From: Aquificaceae bacterium
Lineage (GTDB): Bacteria > Aquificota > Aquificia > Aquificales > Aquificaceae
Assembly (NCBI GenBank): GCA_037925075.1
Contig: JAXSNR010000002.1
Span: 512,001-576,000, forward strand
Length of the DNA: 64,000 nt
Reading direction: 5' to 3'
This document shows positions 19,231 through 28,930 of this stretch, one piece after another. The notes under the pieces were generated by a model that made no database searches, was not told the DNA's origin, and saw nothing but the letters and a program-made list of their open reading frames with translations. Every line of letters begins with the position of its first letter. The stretch's first letter is position 1. The position numbers and the translations under genes were made by a program.

Positions 19231-20529
19231 TTAGGTATCTGGAAGCTCCCCCTTTAAATAGGCGTGGTATGCGTTCAAGTCAAAATACCCATGCCCTGAA
19301 AGGTTAAAGAGTATTACCTTCTCTTCACCTGTTTTTTTACACTCTAAGGCTATGTCTATGGCCTTTTTTATGGCATGGGCTGATTCTGGGGCTGGCACTA
19401 TTCCTTCTGTCCTTGCAAAGATAACCGCGGACTCAAAAACCTCCCTCTGTCTGTATGCGGACGCGGATATAAAGCCTTCATGATAAAGAAGACATACAAG
19501 GGGTGCATCACCATGATATCTTAGACCACCAGCATGTATGGGAGGCGGGACAAAATCATGCCCCAAGGTGTACATCTTTATAAGAGGCGTAAGCCCAACC
19601 GTATCTCCGTAGTCGTATCTGTATTCACCTTCTGTAAGGGTGGGACAAGCCTTTGGTTCCACCGCTATAACCTCAAGGTTTGGCTTCTCTCCGGTGAGTT
19701 TATCCCTCAAAAAGGGAAAGGCTATGCCCGCAAAATTGCTCCCTCCACCTATACAACCTATCACATAGTCTGGATAATACCCCGCCATCTCCATCTGAAG
19801 CTTTGCCTCAAGCCCTATGATTGTCTGATGTAAAAGTACATGGTTTAGGACGCTTCCAAGAGAGTACTTGGTGTCGGGTGTAGAAACCGCCCTTTCTATG
19901 GCTTCGCTTATGGCTATACCAAGGCTTCCGGGATGCTCCGGGTCTTGGTCATAAAACCTCCTTCCAGACTGAGTTAATGGGCTTGGTGAAGGCACTACTT
20001 TGCCACCCCATGTTTCCATGAGAATCCTTCTAAAGGGTTTTTGGTTGTAGCTTACCCTTACCATAAAGACCTCACATTCAAGCCCAAAAAACTGTGTGGC
20101 AAAGGCAAGGGAGCTTCCCCATTGACCAGCACCAGTTTCTGTGGTAAGCCTTTTTACGCCAGATATCTTGTTGTAGTAGGCTTGGGCTACCGCAGTGTTT
20201 GGTTTGTGGCTTCCGGGTGGAGAGACGCTTTCATTTTTGTAGAAGATCTTCGCAGGTGTTCCAAGGTATTCTTCGAGGTTTCTCGCCCTGTGAAGGGGCG
20301 TGGGCCTCCAAAGGCTATAAATCCTGAGAACTTCTTCGGGTATATCTATCCACTCCTTGTCTGAAACCTCCTGTTCCACTATGGGCTCTGGGAATATGGC
20401 AAGTAGCTTGTCTGGGCTTACGGGATTGCCCGTTTGTGGGTCAAGGGGCGGATCAAGGGGCTTTGGAAGATAGGGCACTATGTTAAACCACCTTTTGGGA
20501 ATCTGGTTTTGTGGAAGAAAGTATCTCAT
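19231..20529 (-). CDS. trpB2: Tryptophan synthase beta-like TrpB2
   Basis: [43 protein letters not shown]. Confidence 0.95.
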   Translation of the reverse strand: MRYFLPQNQIPKRWFNIVPYLPKPLDPPLDPQTGNPVSPDKLLAIFPEPIVEQEVSDKEWIDIPEEVLRIYSLWRPTPLHRARNLEEYLGTPAKIFYKNESVSPPGSHKPNTAVAQAYYNKISGVKRLTTETGAGQWGSSLAFATQFFGLECEVFMVRVSYNQKPFRRILMETWGGKVVPSPSPLTQSGRRFYDQDPEHPGSLGIAISEAIERAVSTPDTKYSLGSVLNHVLLHQTIIGLEAKLQMEMAGYYPDYVIGCIGGGSNFAGIAFPFLRDKLTGEKPNLEVIAVEPKACPTLTEGEYRYDYGDTVGLTPLIKMYTLGHDFVPPPIHAGGLRYHGDAPLVCLLYHEGFISASAYRQREVFESAVIFARTEGIVPAPESAHAIKKAIDIALECKKTGEEKVILFNLSGHGYFDLNAYHAYLKGELPDT

Positions 20530-20539
20530 GTTTTCCTCC

Positions 20540-21094
20540 TTAAGTTATAGCCTTCCATATTATGTTAGCAATTTCCTCTTCAAGGTTTTGGCTTCTTTCA
20601 AGAAGCCCAGCCTCCACAAGCAAAAACACCCTTTCAAGGGTTCCCACAAAGACCGCAAGTGCGTACTCTTTCTTTACTCTAATAAAGCCCTTGCTTATAC
20701 CCTCTTCAACAAGCTCAAGCACCGCATCCTTCGGCAGCGGGCTAAAATCCTTAACATCATCAGACCTCAGATAATGGAAAAGGTCAAGGTATTTAAAGGC
20801 GGATGGGTTTTCAAAACAAAAGCTCAGAAAAGCATGAACCGTGAGGTAAAACCTTTGCTTGTAGTCTATGGGAAACCTGACAGCATAGATAAGCCTGTTG
20901 TAAAAGTCTTCAGAGTAAAGCCTAAAAAGTTCAAGAACTATCTCATCCTTGCTTCTGAAGTGTCTGTATATGGCACCTTCAGTTATTCCCACCTCTTTTG
21001 CTATATCCTTTATGGTGGTTTCCCTTATACCTTTTTCTGAAAAGAGCTTAAGAGAGGCGTCCAGTATTTTTTCCCTTGTACCCCTTCTATGCAT
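20540..21094 (-). CDS. TetR/AcrR family transcriptional regulator
   Basis: TREKIL...[21 protein letters not shown]; likely start 21094. Confidence 0.93.
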   Translation of the reverse strand: MHRRGTREKILDASLKLFSEKGIRETTIKDIAKEVGITEGAIYRHFRSKDEIVLELFRLYSEDFYNRLIYAVRFPIDYKQRFYLTVHAFLSFCFENPSAFKYLDLFHYLRSDDVKDFSPLPKDAVLELVEEGISKGFIRVKKEYALAVFVGTLERVFLLVEAGLLERSQNLEEEIANIIWKAIT

Positions 21095-21113
21095 GGTAAA
21101 TATCATTATACAA

Positions 21114-21135
21114 TGAGTCAGTATAAACTTGCTCA
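21114..21135. promoter_or_regulatory. Imperfect palindrome, candidate TetR operator between divergent promoters
   Basis: TGAGTCAGT-ATAA-ACTTGCTCA (7/9 arm match). Confidence 0.45.
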
Positions 21136-21163
21136 CTCTTTGGTGGTTTATAATGAAAACCTC

Positions 21164-23131
21164 ATGGATGGATTAAACCCTTCTCAGAGGAGGGCGGTTT
21201 TACATTTTGGAAGACCCCTACTTATCGTCGCTGGTGCGGGCTCGGGTAAAACAAAAACCTTGGCTCACAAGGTGGAGTTTCTCATAAAAGAAAAGGGCAT
21301 ACCACCGGAGAAAATCCTTGCCATTACCTTTACCAACAAGGCTGGAAGGGAGATAAGGGAAAGGGTAAAAAAGGTTGTGAGTGTTGAACTTCCTTGGGCT
21401 GGTACCTTTCATTCCGTGGCTTTGAAGTTATTAAGGACAAAGGCCAAAGAGATAGGTATAAACTCCCACTTTAGCATCCTCTCTGAAGGAGATAGGAACC
21501 AACTTATAAAAAGGCTTGCCCAGTCTTTGCAGGTAAAGCCAGAAAGCCTAAAATCCTACATGGCGGATAGACTTGAAGACCTAAAGGAGCCTTATGACCA
21601 AAGGCTTGAAGCCCTTATGGAAGAATACCTTTCCCTTCTTAAGGAGATGAACCTTTTGGACTTTAGCGGTCTTATGTGGTATGCAAAACTGCTTCTTGAA
21701 AAGCAACCCCATATAAAGAACTTTTTTGACTTTATTCTGGTGGATGAGTTTCAGGATACCAACACGGTGCAGTACGAAATAATAAAACTTTTGGCAAGGG
21801 AAAACATATGCGTGGTGGGAGACCCAAACCAGTGTATATACGAATGGAGGTATGCAAGACCTGACAACATACTTCGCTTTAAAGAGGGCTTCAACCCAGA
21901 TGTGATAAAGCTTGAGTACAACTACAGGTCCACAACTTACATAATCCATGTGGCAAACGCGGTGCTTTCCGCCTCCTCCGCAGAGTGGAAGGACCTAATT
22001 CCCATACTTAAACCCACAAAGCAAGAGGGAGAAAAGCCCACGGTCAGAAGGTTTGAAAGGGTAGAGGAGGAGGCGGTTTGGATTGCGACAAAGATAAAGG
22101 ACCTGCTCCAAAGCTACAAACCATCGCAGATAGCCATACTGGTAAGGGTAGGATACATAACAGAAAGCATTGAAAGGGCTTTGGTAAGCATGAAAATACC
22201 CTACAGGGTAGTGGGTGCGGTGAGGTTTTTTGAAAGGGCGGAGATAAAAGACGCCTTGAGCTTTTTCCGGGTGCTTTTAAACCCTAAGGACTCTCTTAAC
22301 TTTTCAAGGGCTTTGCAGATTGCCACAAGGGGCATAGGTGAAAAGACTGTTGAGATGGTAGTCAAAGAAGGGAAAGGCAACTGTCTTGCGGGAGCTCAAG
22401 CTCTTCTCAAAAGCCTTCCACAAGCAAAAGCGACAGAGCTTTATACCTTCCTTCAAAGGCTTTCAAGACTTTACAAGAACCTTGAGAACTACCCACAAGC
22501 ACTCGAAGAGTTTCTAAGAGAGATAGACTTCTGGCAGTACCTTACGGAAAGCTACAAGGATGCGGAAGAAAGGGAAGAAAACCTTAAAGAACTTCTGAGA
22601 TACCTAAGGCAGAAGCATTCAGAAGGTTATAGCTTGAGTGATGTGATTGAGGAGGTGGATTTTCTCACAGACAAGGAGGAAGAGGAAGGCTCTGTAAGGA
22701 TAATGACCATACACGCCAGCAAGGGATTGGAGTTTGATGCGGTCTTCCTTCCAAGACTAGAAGAAGGCATACTACCCCATGAGAGGGCAAAGGATAGTAA
22801 TGAGGAGTTAGAAGAAGAACTAAGACTTTTCTATGTTGCCATAACAAGGGCAAAGGATCTGCTCTTTATGAGCTACACGAGAGCATCAAAGCCAAGCAGG
22901 TTCCTTTCTCTTATTCCCAAAAGCCTCCTTGACCTTTCCGCCTTTGTAAAGAAGAAAACCAGTTATATGCCAGAGTTAAAAAGCCTAAAAGCCTTTAAGG
23001 TGGGTGATAGAGTAAGGCATGAGCTTTTTGGAGAGGGGGTAGTAATCGCCCTTGAGGATTCAAAGGCTGTGGTGGAGTTTGAAAGAGGTAGAAAGACCAT
23101 ACACACAGCCTTTTTAAAGCCTGTGGTATAA
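21164..23131 (+). CDS. ATP-dependent DNA helicase UvrD/PcrA family
   Basis: AGAGSGKT, TFTNKA, DEFQDTN, GDPNQCIY, TIHASKGLEF, YVAITRA, C-terminal Tudor-like RHELFGEG. Confidence 0.95.
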   Translation: MDGLNPSQRRAVLHFGRPLLIVAGAGSGKTKTLAHKVEFLIKEKGIPPEKILAITFTNKAGREIRERVKKVVSVELPWAGTFHSVALKLLRTKAKEIGINSHFSILSEGDRNQLIKRLAQSLQVKPESLKSYMADRLEDLKEPYDQRLEALMEEYLSLLKEMNLLDFSGLMWYAKLLLEKQPHIKNFFDFILVDEFQDTNTVQYEIIKLLARENICVVGDPNQCIYEWRYARPDNILRFKEGFNPDVIKLEYNYRSTTYIIHVANAVLSASSAEWKDLIPILKPTKQEGEKPTVRRFERVEEEAVWIATKIKDLLQSYKPSQIAILVRVGYITESIERALVSMKIPYRVVGAVRFFERAEIKDALSFFRVLLNPKDSLNFSRALQIATRGIGEKTVEMVVKEGKGNCLAGAQALLKSLPQAKATELYTFLQRLSRLYKNLENYPQALEEFLREIDFWQYLTESYKDAEEREENLKELLRYLRQKHSEGYSLSDVIEEVDFLTDKEEEEGSVRIMTIHASKGLEFDAVFLPRLEEGILPHERAKDSNEELEEELRLFYVAITRAKDLLFMSYTRASKPSRFLSLIPKSLLDLSAFVKKKTSYMPELKSLKAFKVGDRVRHELFGEGVVIALEDSKAVVEFERGRKTIHTAFLKPVV

Positions 23132-23138
23132 TTAAGGC

Positions 23139-23840
23139 ATGCAAACAAAGGTTGCTTGGAGTATCACCCATCAGGAGTTCACCATAACCGACTACTACTA
23201 CTTTTCCATACTACAAAGGGAGGCGGAAAAGAGAGATCTTATAATTCATGAAGTGGATAACTGGGACAAGCTTTCAGAGTATCATACCATAGTCTTTAAC
23301 TATCCAGAAATTCCCTTTACCGAAAAGGAGGCTCAGGATGTGGAAAGATGGGTTTGGGAGGAGGGCAAAAAGGTTATTCTTCTTGGCTACTATAAAAACG
23401 AAGACCATATTGCCGACACTTGCAACACCCTTGCCAGAAGGTTCGGTATGGAGCTAAACCCTGACGAGATCACAGACGAGATAAATAACCATGAAGGTGA
23501 CAAGTATTTTGTGGTTACCTCAAAGATTAGAAGGTATAACGAAAAGGTAAATCGTATAATGCTTGCCTGTAGTGCTTCGGTAAAGCCTCTTATGCCAGAC
23601 ATAAAGGTGGTGGTGCGTGCGGAAGATACCGCCGAATCCAACATGGGAAACTACACCCTTTTGATAGCGGAGCAGATAGCACCCACAAGCGGTGGATACT
23701 TTTGCCTTGCAGGCACCTGCGTCTTTTGGGACAACTATTCTATTAACCTTTATGACAACCTTGAGTTTTCCATAAACCTTTTGAGGCACACTTCAAAGCT
23801 TAAGGTAGAAGGTGGGAAGCAGGTAATCTTAGAAATCTAA
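23139..23840 (+). CDS. Hypothetical protein, GATase-like (GIFT/DUF4350-like) fold
   Basis: PEIPFTEKE..VERWV.EGKKVILLG, NTLARRFGM, NLEFSINLL pattern. Confidence 0.5.
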   Translation: MQTKVAWSITHQEFTITDYYYFSILQREAEKRDLIIHEVDNWDKLSEYHTIVFNYPEIPFTEKEAQDVERWVWEEGKKVILLGYYKNEDHIADTCNTLARRFGMELNPDEITDEINNHEGDKYFVVTSKIRRYNEKVNRIMLACSASVKPLMPDIKVVVRAEDTAESNMGNYTLLIAEQIAPTSGGYFCLAGTCVFWDNYSINLYDNLEFSINLLRHTSKLKVEGGKQVILEI

Positions 23841-23866
23841 AAGACCTTTTAAAGAGGAGGGATATT

Positions 23867-24808
23867 ATGGATGCCTTTGATATGTTGGAGGAGTTTCCCA
23901 AGCAGTTTAGCAGGGTGGAGTGCCAAAGGGTTTCTCTTGAAGACTATGCGGGCGTAGTCTTTAGCGGTATGGGAGGCTCTGGGATTGTGGGAGATTTTAT
24001 GAGGCTCTTTCTCAAAAGCGAAAAGCCCGTTCTTTCTATAAAGGGCTACAATTTGCCGGCTTTTGTAAAGAGGGATTGGCTCTTGGTATGCACCAGCTAC
24101 AGCGGAAACACAGAAGAAACCATAAGCGTCCTTGAAGAGGCACTCAGTAGAGGTCTAAAACCTATATGCGTTAGCTCCGGCGGAAGATTAAGGGAGATAG
24201 CGGAAAAGGAGGGCCTTATACACATCCCACTCCCTAAGGGCTATCCACCAAGGTATGCATTCGGCTTTATGCTCTCAGCCCTTTTTTGTCTTTTTGGTAT
24301 GGCTGATTCAGTAGATAGGCTAAGGGAACACTTAACCAACCATAAGGAGGAAATAAAGAGGGAGGCTAAAAATATAGCTCAGTTCATGTTCACCTACATG
24401 CCCATAGTCTATGGCACACCCCTTACAGAGCCAGTAGCTTACCGATGGAAAACCCAGATAAACGAGAACGCAAAAACCCTATGCTACAACGCCTTCCTTC
24501 CAGAGATGCATCACAACGAAGTGGTGGGCTTAGACAACCCACAGATAAGGAATCTATGCACCTTTGTCCTTCTTTATGACCCACAGGACCACGAAAGGGT
24601 CCTAAAAAGAGTAGATATAACCCGCCAGATCTTTGAGGAACTGGGTATGGTCCTCAAGGTCCTTTCTGGAAAGGGTGAAAGCCTACCCGAAAGGCTCTTA
24701 TATCTTACCTACCTTGGAGACTGGGTAAGCCTGTATTTGGCTGAGATATACCAACAGGACCCAATTTCAATAGAGGTTATAGACTTTATCAAAAAAAGCT
24801 TGGCTTGA
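23867..24808 (+). CDS. Bifunctional phosphoglucose/phosphomannose isomerase
   Basis: GMGGSG, SYSGNTEET, RWKTQINENAK, PEMHHNEV. Confidence 0.95.
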   Translation: MDAFDMLEEFPKQFSRVECQRVSLEDYAGVVFSGMGGSGIVGDFMRLFLKSEKPVLSIKGYNLPAFVKRDWLLVCTSYSGNTEETISVLEEALSRGLKPICVSSGGRLREIAEKEGLIHIPLPKGYPPRYAFGFMLSALFCLFGMADSVDRLREHLTNHKEEIKREAKNIAQFMFTYMPIVYGTPLTEPVAYRWKTQINENAKTLCYNAFLPEMHHNEVVGLDNPQIRNLCTFVLLYDPQDHERVLKRVDITRQIFEELGMVLKVLSGKGESLPERLLYLTYLGDWVSLYLAEIYQQDPISIEVIDFIKKSLA

Positions 24809-25177
24809 CCCATTTTGATTGTAGGTTGGTATTCCACATAAATCAGAACCTTGATACGTCTTGATGTGTAATGCTTCTTCCTTTTTCCTCCTTGTGTACT
24901 ATCTTGATCCAGCATTAGGAATATTTCCTGTGCAAATTTTTTAGACGCTTTTGCCAATCTCAGATCCCAGCTAAAACATCCTTGTATCTAAACCACCCTT
25001 CCCTTTCTCCTCCCCTTTGAAGTCAGGTTAGTGTGTCAGACAAGTAGACCACAAAGCAAGCCCAAACAAACCCCTACTCATACCTAAACCAATCAACAGG
25101 AAGACAAGAAGGACAAGCACTTGCCTTTGCCTTCCTTTTCCCTGCGGTCAATTAATTTGAACTTATAATATACATGC

Positions 25178-26089
25178 ATGGCTTTGGACTGGCTTATCTT
25201 CGGTTCAGTTGTTTTCATCGCCCTTTTCCTTGACCTTTTTGTCTTCCACAGACATCCTCATAAGATATCTCTAAAAGAAGCTCTCTTGCTTTCTACCTTT
25301 TGGATAGCCTTAGGGCTTGCCTTTGGAGTTTTTGTTTATTACGACAGGGGCTACGACAGGGCGGTGGAATACTTCACAGGCTACCTTCTTGAAAAGGCTT
25401 TGAGCCTTGACAATATTTTCGTCTTTATCCTCATATTTTCCTACTTTAAAATACCTGAAGAGTTTAGGCATAAGGTACTTTTCTGGGGAGTGCTTGGTGC
25501 AATCCTCTTTAGAGCCATCTTTATCTTCGCTGGCCTTGAGCTCATAAAAAACTTCCACTGGATGGTCTATGTATTTGGAATAATCCTAATTGTATCCGCC
25601 ATAAAGCTTCTTATCACAGAGGAAAAGGAATTTCATCCAGAGCAAACCCTTATATACAGAATTGCCAGTCGTATAATCCCTCTCAAACCGCATAATGGAA
25701 ATGGTAGGTTTTTTATAAGGGAAAAGGGCAAGGTCTATGCGACGCCCATGTTCCTTACCCTTCTGTTTGTAGAAAGCTCAGACATCATGTTTGCCATAGA
25801 CTCGGTGCCTGCCATAATTGCCATTTCAAAGGATCCATTTGTGGTTTATACTTCCAACATCTTTGCCATACTTGGGCTTAGGTCTCTTTACTTTGCGGCG
25901 GCTGGTGTGCTTCCCCTATTTCACTATCTTCACTACGGGCTTTCTTTTATCTTGGGCTTTATAGGGGTGAAGATGATAGTGTCTGAGTTCTACAAAATAC
26001 CGGTGGAGGTGTCCTTGCTCCTTATAGGCAGTGCCATCTTTCTGTCGGTAGTCGCTTCTCTCTTGGTTAAGAAGCCTTCCAATGGTTAA
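25178..26089 (+). CDS. TerC/Alx family membrane protein
   Basis: EKALSLDNIFVF, DIMFAIDSVPA, SNIFAILGLRSLYF. Confidence 0.95.
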   Translation: MALDWLIFGSVVFIALFLDLFVFHRHPHKISLKEALLLSTFWIALGLAFGVFVYYDRGYDRAVEYFTGYLLEKALSLDNIFVFILIFSYFKIPEEFRHKVLFWGVLGAILFRAIFIFAGLELIKNFHWMVYVFGIILIVSAIKLLITEEKEFHPEQTLIYRIASRIIPLKPHNGNGRFFIREKGKVYATPMFLTLLFVESSDIMFAIDSVPAIIAISKDPFVVYTSNIFAILGLRSLYFAAAGVLPLFHYLHYGLSFILGFIGVKMIVSEFYKIPVEVSLLLIGSAIFLSVVASLLVKKPSNG

Positions 26090-27206
26090 ACTTCTTCAGG
26101 TGGTGGATGGAGTTGGCTGGGGAGGGACAAAGGAGCAAACCTACCTGATAACGAGGGAGCTTTCTTTGAGAGGTCTTGAGGTGCATATGGCCTTGTCCTT
26201 CCAGTACGAGCTTATGGTAAAAAAGTTAAAGGACTATCCAGTTAAGATTCATTTCTTTGAAAACCACAACAAGCTTTCAAGGTTCAATCCCGCCAATTAC
26301 TACAGGCTATGGAAGCTATTGAAAGAGGACTTTCATATAGTTATAGCCAACTCTCCCCATGCCCTTGACTTTGTAAGGGCGGCGTTAGCCTTTTTGAGAA
26401 AAAAGCCAAAAGTGATAGCCTACAAGAGGACAGGCAGGGGTTCAAGCCCTCTTTCAAAAAGGTTTAAGTACTCGGTGGCGGACAGGATCGTGGTGGTGGA
26501 TAAGACCACCTTTGAAAAGCTAAAAAAAGAAAACTTCTTTCCAGAAAGGCTTGTGTATATACCCAGTGGGCTTGACCTTGAGAGGTTCAGACCCTTAGGA
26601 AAAGAAAAAGCTCTACAGAAAAGAAAAGAGCTTGGAATAGAGCCAAACAAAAGGGTCTTTATAAAGGTAGCCAACTGGAACCCAGAACACAAGGGACAGC
26701 CTCTTCTCATAGAGGCTTTTTCAAGAGTGAATTGTCCTGACTGTATGCTTCTTTTGGTAGGTTTGGGAACAGAGGTGCATGCAATAGAATACGCAGAAAG
26801 GTATGGGCTAAAGGGTAGGCTAATAGGCCTTGGCTTTAGGGAAGATATCCCAGAGCTTTTGAATATGGCTGACTACTTTGTTTTTTCCTCTTACTTTGAG
26901 GGTATTGCGGGTGCAGTGCTTCAGGCTATGGCGTGCGGAAAGGTGGTAATATCTACCTTGGCGGGTGGTATAAGGGATTACCTTGTGGATGGTGAAAATG
27001 GCTTTGCTGTGCCCGTGGGAGACTTAGAGGGTCTTGTGCAAAAGATAAGGCTCGTGCTAAACATGTCAGAAGAGGACCTAAAACCCATAAGAGAAAAAGC
27101 CATACAAACCGCTCAAAGCTACTCTATAAAAAGAACCGCAGACCTTTATATGGAGCTCTTCAAGGAGCTGTTGGGTTTATCCTCAAGCCTTCAAAGTAGT
27201 CCATAA
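26082..27206 (+). CDS. Glycosyltransferase family 4
   Basis: GGTK, HKGQ, LGFREDI, SYFEGIAGAVLQAMACG, DGENG. Confidence 0.92.
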   Translation: MVKLLQVVDGVGWGGTKEQTYLITRELSLRGLEVHMALSFQYELMVKKLKDYPVKIHFFENHNKLSRFNPANYYRLWKLLKEDFHIVIANSPHALDFVRAALAFLRKKPKVIAYKRTGRGSSPLSKRFKYSVADRIVVVDKTTFEKLKKENFFPERLVYIPSGLDLERFRPLGKEKALQKRKELGIEPNKRVFIKVANWNPEHKGQPLLIEAFSRVNCPDCMLLLVGLGTEVHAIEYAERYGLKGRLIGLGFREDIPELLNMADYFVFSSYFEGIAGAVLQAMACGKVVISTLAGGIRDYLVDGENGFAVPVGDLEGLVQKIRLVLNMSEEDLKPIREKAIQTAQSYSIKRTADLYMELFKELLGLSSSLQSSP

Positions 27207-28035
27207 AGGTTTTGTTTATGTAAAGGCTACCATCCTTGAAAAGAAGAAGAAGACCAACGTGTGGGTTTTCCTTCAGAAACCTTTCCCTCTCTTGGTCATC
27301 CATGGCAAGCAAGGCGGTTTCTATCGCATCGGTTATGGTGCAATCATGGTATGCGACCGTCACCTGAAGTAGGCTGTTTTCCTTTCCAAGGATATGCCTT
27401 CTTAAGTAGTTGCCACCCGTTGAAAGGCAAAGGTCCCTTGCATTTAACCCTTCCGCAAGGATTTGGTTGTTTATAGGGTTAAAAACTGCAAGAAGCCTTT
27501 TATGTCCCCAAACCTTGAGGTCTCCCGCTATGGAGACAAAGCCCCAGTCTGTTTTTAGCCTTTCATAGACCTTTTGCACCGCATAGCCTTTGCCTATGCC
27601 TCCAAGGTCTATGGCCATGCCCTCCTCCAAAAGACAAACCTTGTTTCCTTCAATTCCTACCTTTCTGTAGTCTATTAACCTTGTAGCTTCTTCCTCCTTC
27701 AAAAGCCCCTTTCTTTTGTGGTTTATGGTGTAGCTACCCACCGTTATATCAAAGGCACCTCCCGTTTGCTTTGAGACCTCAAGGGACTTTTTTATGACTT
27801 CAAGGGTTTCCTCAGAGACCTTCACACAGCCCTTTCCCGCTTTTTGGTTTATAAGAGAGACCTCAGAGGTATCCATGTAATCAGAAAGCTTTTCTTCAAG
27901 GCTTTTCATGTACCTGTAGGCTTGGTATTCCTTGCCATCGGGAAGTTCAATGAGGGCGTAAGTACCCATAAGATGAAAAAGCTTCTCCTGAGAAAAGGCA
28001 AGGACTATAGCAAACAAAAGAGTAAAAAGTTTCAC
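27160..28035 (-). CDS. apbE: FAD:protein FMN transferase
   Basis: LMGT, GAFDITVG, IDLGGIGKGYA, AGD, STGGNY. Confidence 0.93.
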   Translation of the reverse strand: MKLFTLLFAIVLAFSQEKLFHLMGTYALIELPDGKEYQAYRYMKSLEEKLSDYMDTSEVSLINQKAGKGCVKVSEETLEVIKKSLEVSKQTGGAFDITVGSYTINHKRKGLLKEEEATRLIDYRKVGIEGNKVCLLEEGMAIDLGGIGKGYAVQKVYERLKTDWGFVSIAGDLKVWGHKRLLAVFNPINNQILAEGLNARDLCLSTGGNYLRRHILGKENSLLQVTVAYHDCTITDAIETALLAMDDQERERFLKENPHVGLLLLFKDGSLYINKTFMDYFEGLRINPTAP

Positions 28036-28664
28036 CTTTTTCGCTGTTTTTTGGGCTTTTGCGGTTCTGATGCCTTTTGCTCTTCTATAGAAACCTTCAC
28101 CTCAAAGTCCTTTAGGACAACTCTTGCGGGTTTTGCCTTTCCATCTTCAAAGACAAAGCTTAGCATGGGGTGTCCTTGAAGTTCGGAGGACAGGCTTTCA
28201 TCAACCAAGATACCGTTTAAAAAGCCCATGGCAAGAAGTGAGGGCTGAAGCGCTATACTTGGCTTTTTCTGGTAGCTTAGGACCCTTTTTAGGTCTTGGT
28301 TAAACTGAGTTTGAACCTCCTCATGAGGCCTTTCTCCAAAGTATGCCATATATACATGGAAAGGCTTGAGAAGTTTTAGCCTCTCTTCAAGTCCCTCTCC
28401 ACCCTTTATGTAATAGGCTTCCAATCCGAGGGTTTTCAAAGATGCGACAAGGGACGCGGAAAAAAGAGCACAAAGGTCGGAGGTTTCCATATAGACCACC
28501 GCTATGCGGTTGTATCCCATACTTTTAAGCTGTTTGGCTATTTCTACGCTGGCGTTTATGCGTGAGTTTGCCCTCTCGGGTACAAGAAAGGGGTTTACCT
28601 GCTGAGCAAAGGATAAAACACCAAAAGATAAAAGGAAACTAATTACAAGTATGTGTTTTTTCAT
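28032..28664 (-). CDS. Hypothetical secreted protein
   Basis: Signal peptide; 4-bp overlap with apbE; -10 box before ATG. Confidence 0.7.
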   Translation of the reverse strand: MKKHILVISFLLSFGVLSFAQQVNPFLVPERANSRINASVEIAKQLKSMGYNRIAVVYMETSDLCALFSASLVASLKTLGLEAYYIKGGEGLEERLKLLKPFHVYMAYFGERPHEEVQTQFNQDLKRVLSYQKKPSIALQPSLLAMGFLNGILVDESLSSELQGHPMLSFVFEDGKAKPARVVLKDFEVKVSIEEQKASEPQKPKKQRKR

Positions 28665-28681
28665 GGGTTTTATTATAATAC

Positions 28682-28930
28682 ATGCCTGTGAAAGACTTTA
28701 AAGAAAAGCTCAAAAGACTGGAAAGGCTTTCCCTTGACCCTTTCAACCCAGAACCTTTGAGGGAAGCGCTGGAGGATATTTTGAAAAAAGCTCCAGAACT
28801 GAGCAAAGAAGAACAAAAGGAGCTTGCGGTTTTTCTCCAAGACCTTAAAAAACGTATTGAAGAAAACTACAACCTATGCTTTGGATGGATGGAAGAGGTG
28901 CTTAAAAGGGGCTTTAGGAGGGAGGTATGA
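28682..28930 (+). CDS. Hypothetical helical protein
   Basis: 82 aa, host-like codon use, ATGA overlap with next gene. Confidence 0.7.
   Translation: MPVKDFKEKLKRLERLSLDPFNPEPLREALEDILKKAPELSKEEQKELAVFLQDLKKRIEENYNLCFGWMEEVLKRGFRREV

Noticed and set aside
18501..21040. Long alternative-frame ORFs 18501-19046 and 20480-21040
   Set aside because: Overlap trmFO and tetR respectively and have no recognisable motifs
24960..25177. yybP-ykoY riboswitch upstream of terC
   Set aside because: No matching motif on the + strand; AAAGGGGAG occurs only on the wrong strand; a -10 box 8 nt before ATG leaves no leader
27160..28664. Secreted protein as ApbE flavinylation substrate
   Set aside because: No [S/T]GA[S/T] motif in the 210-aa protein
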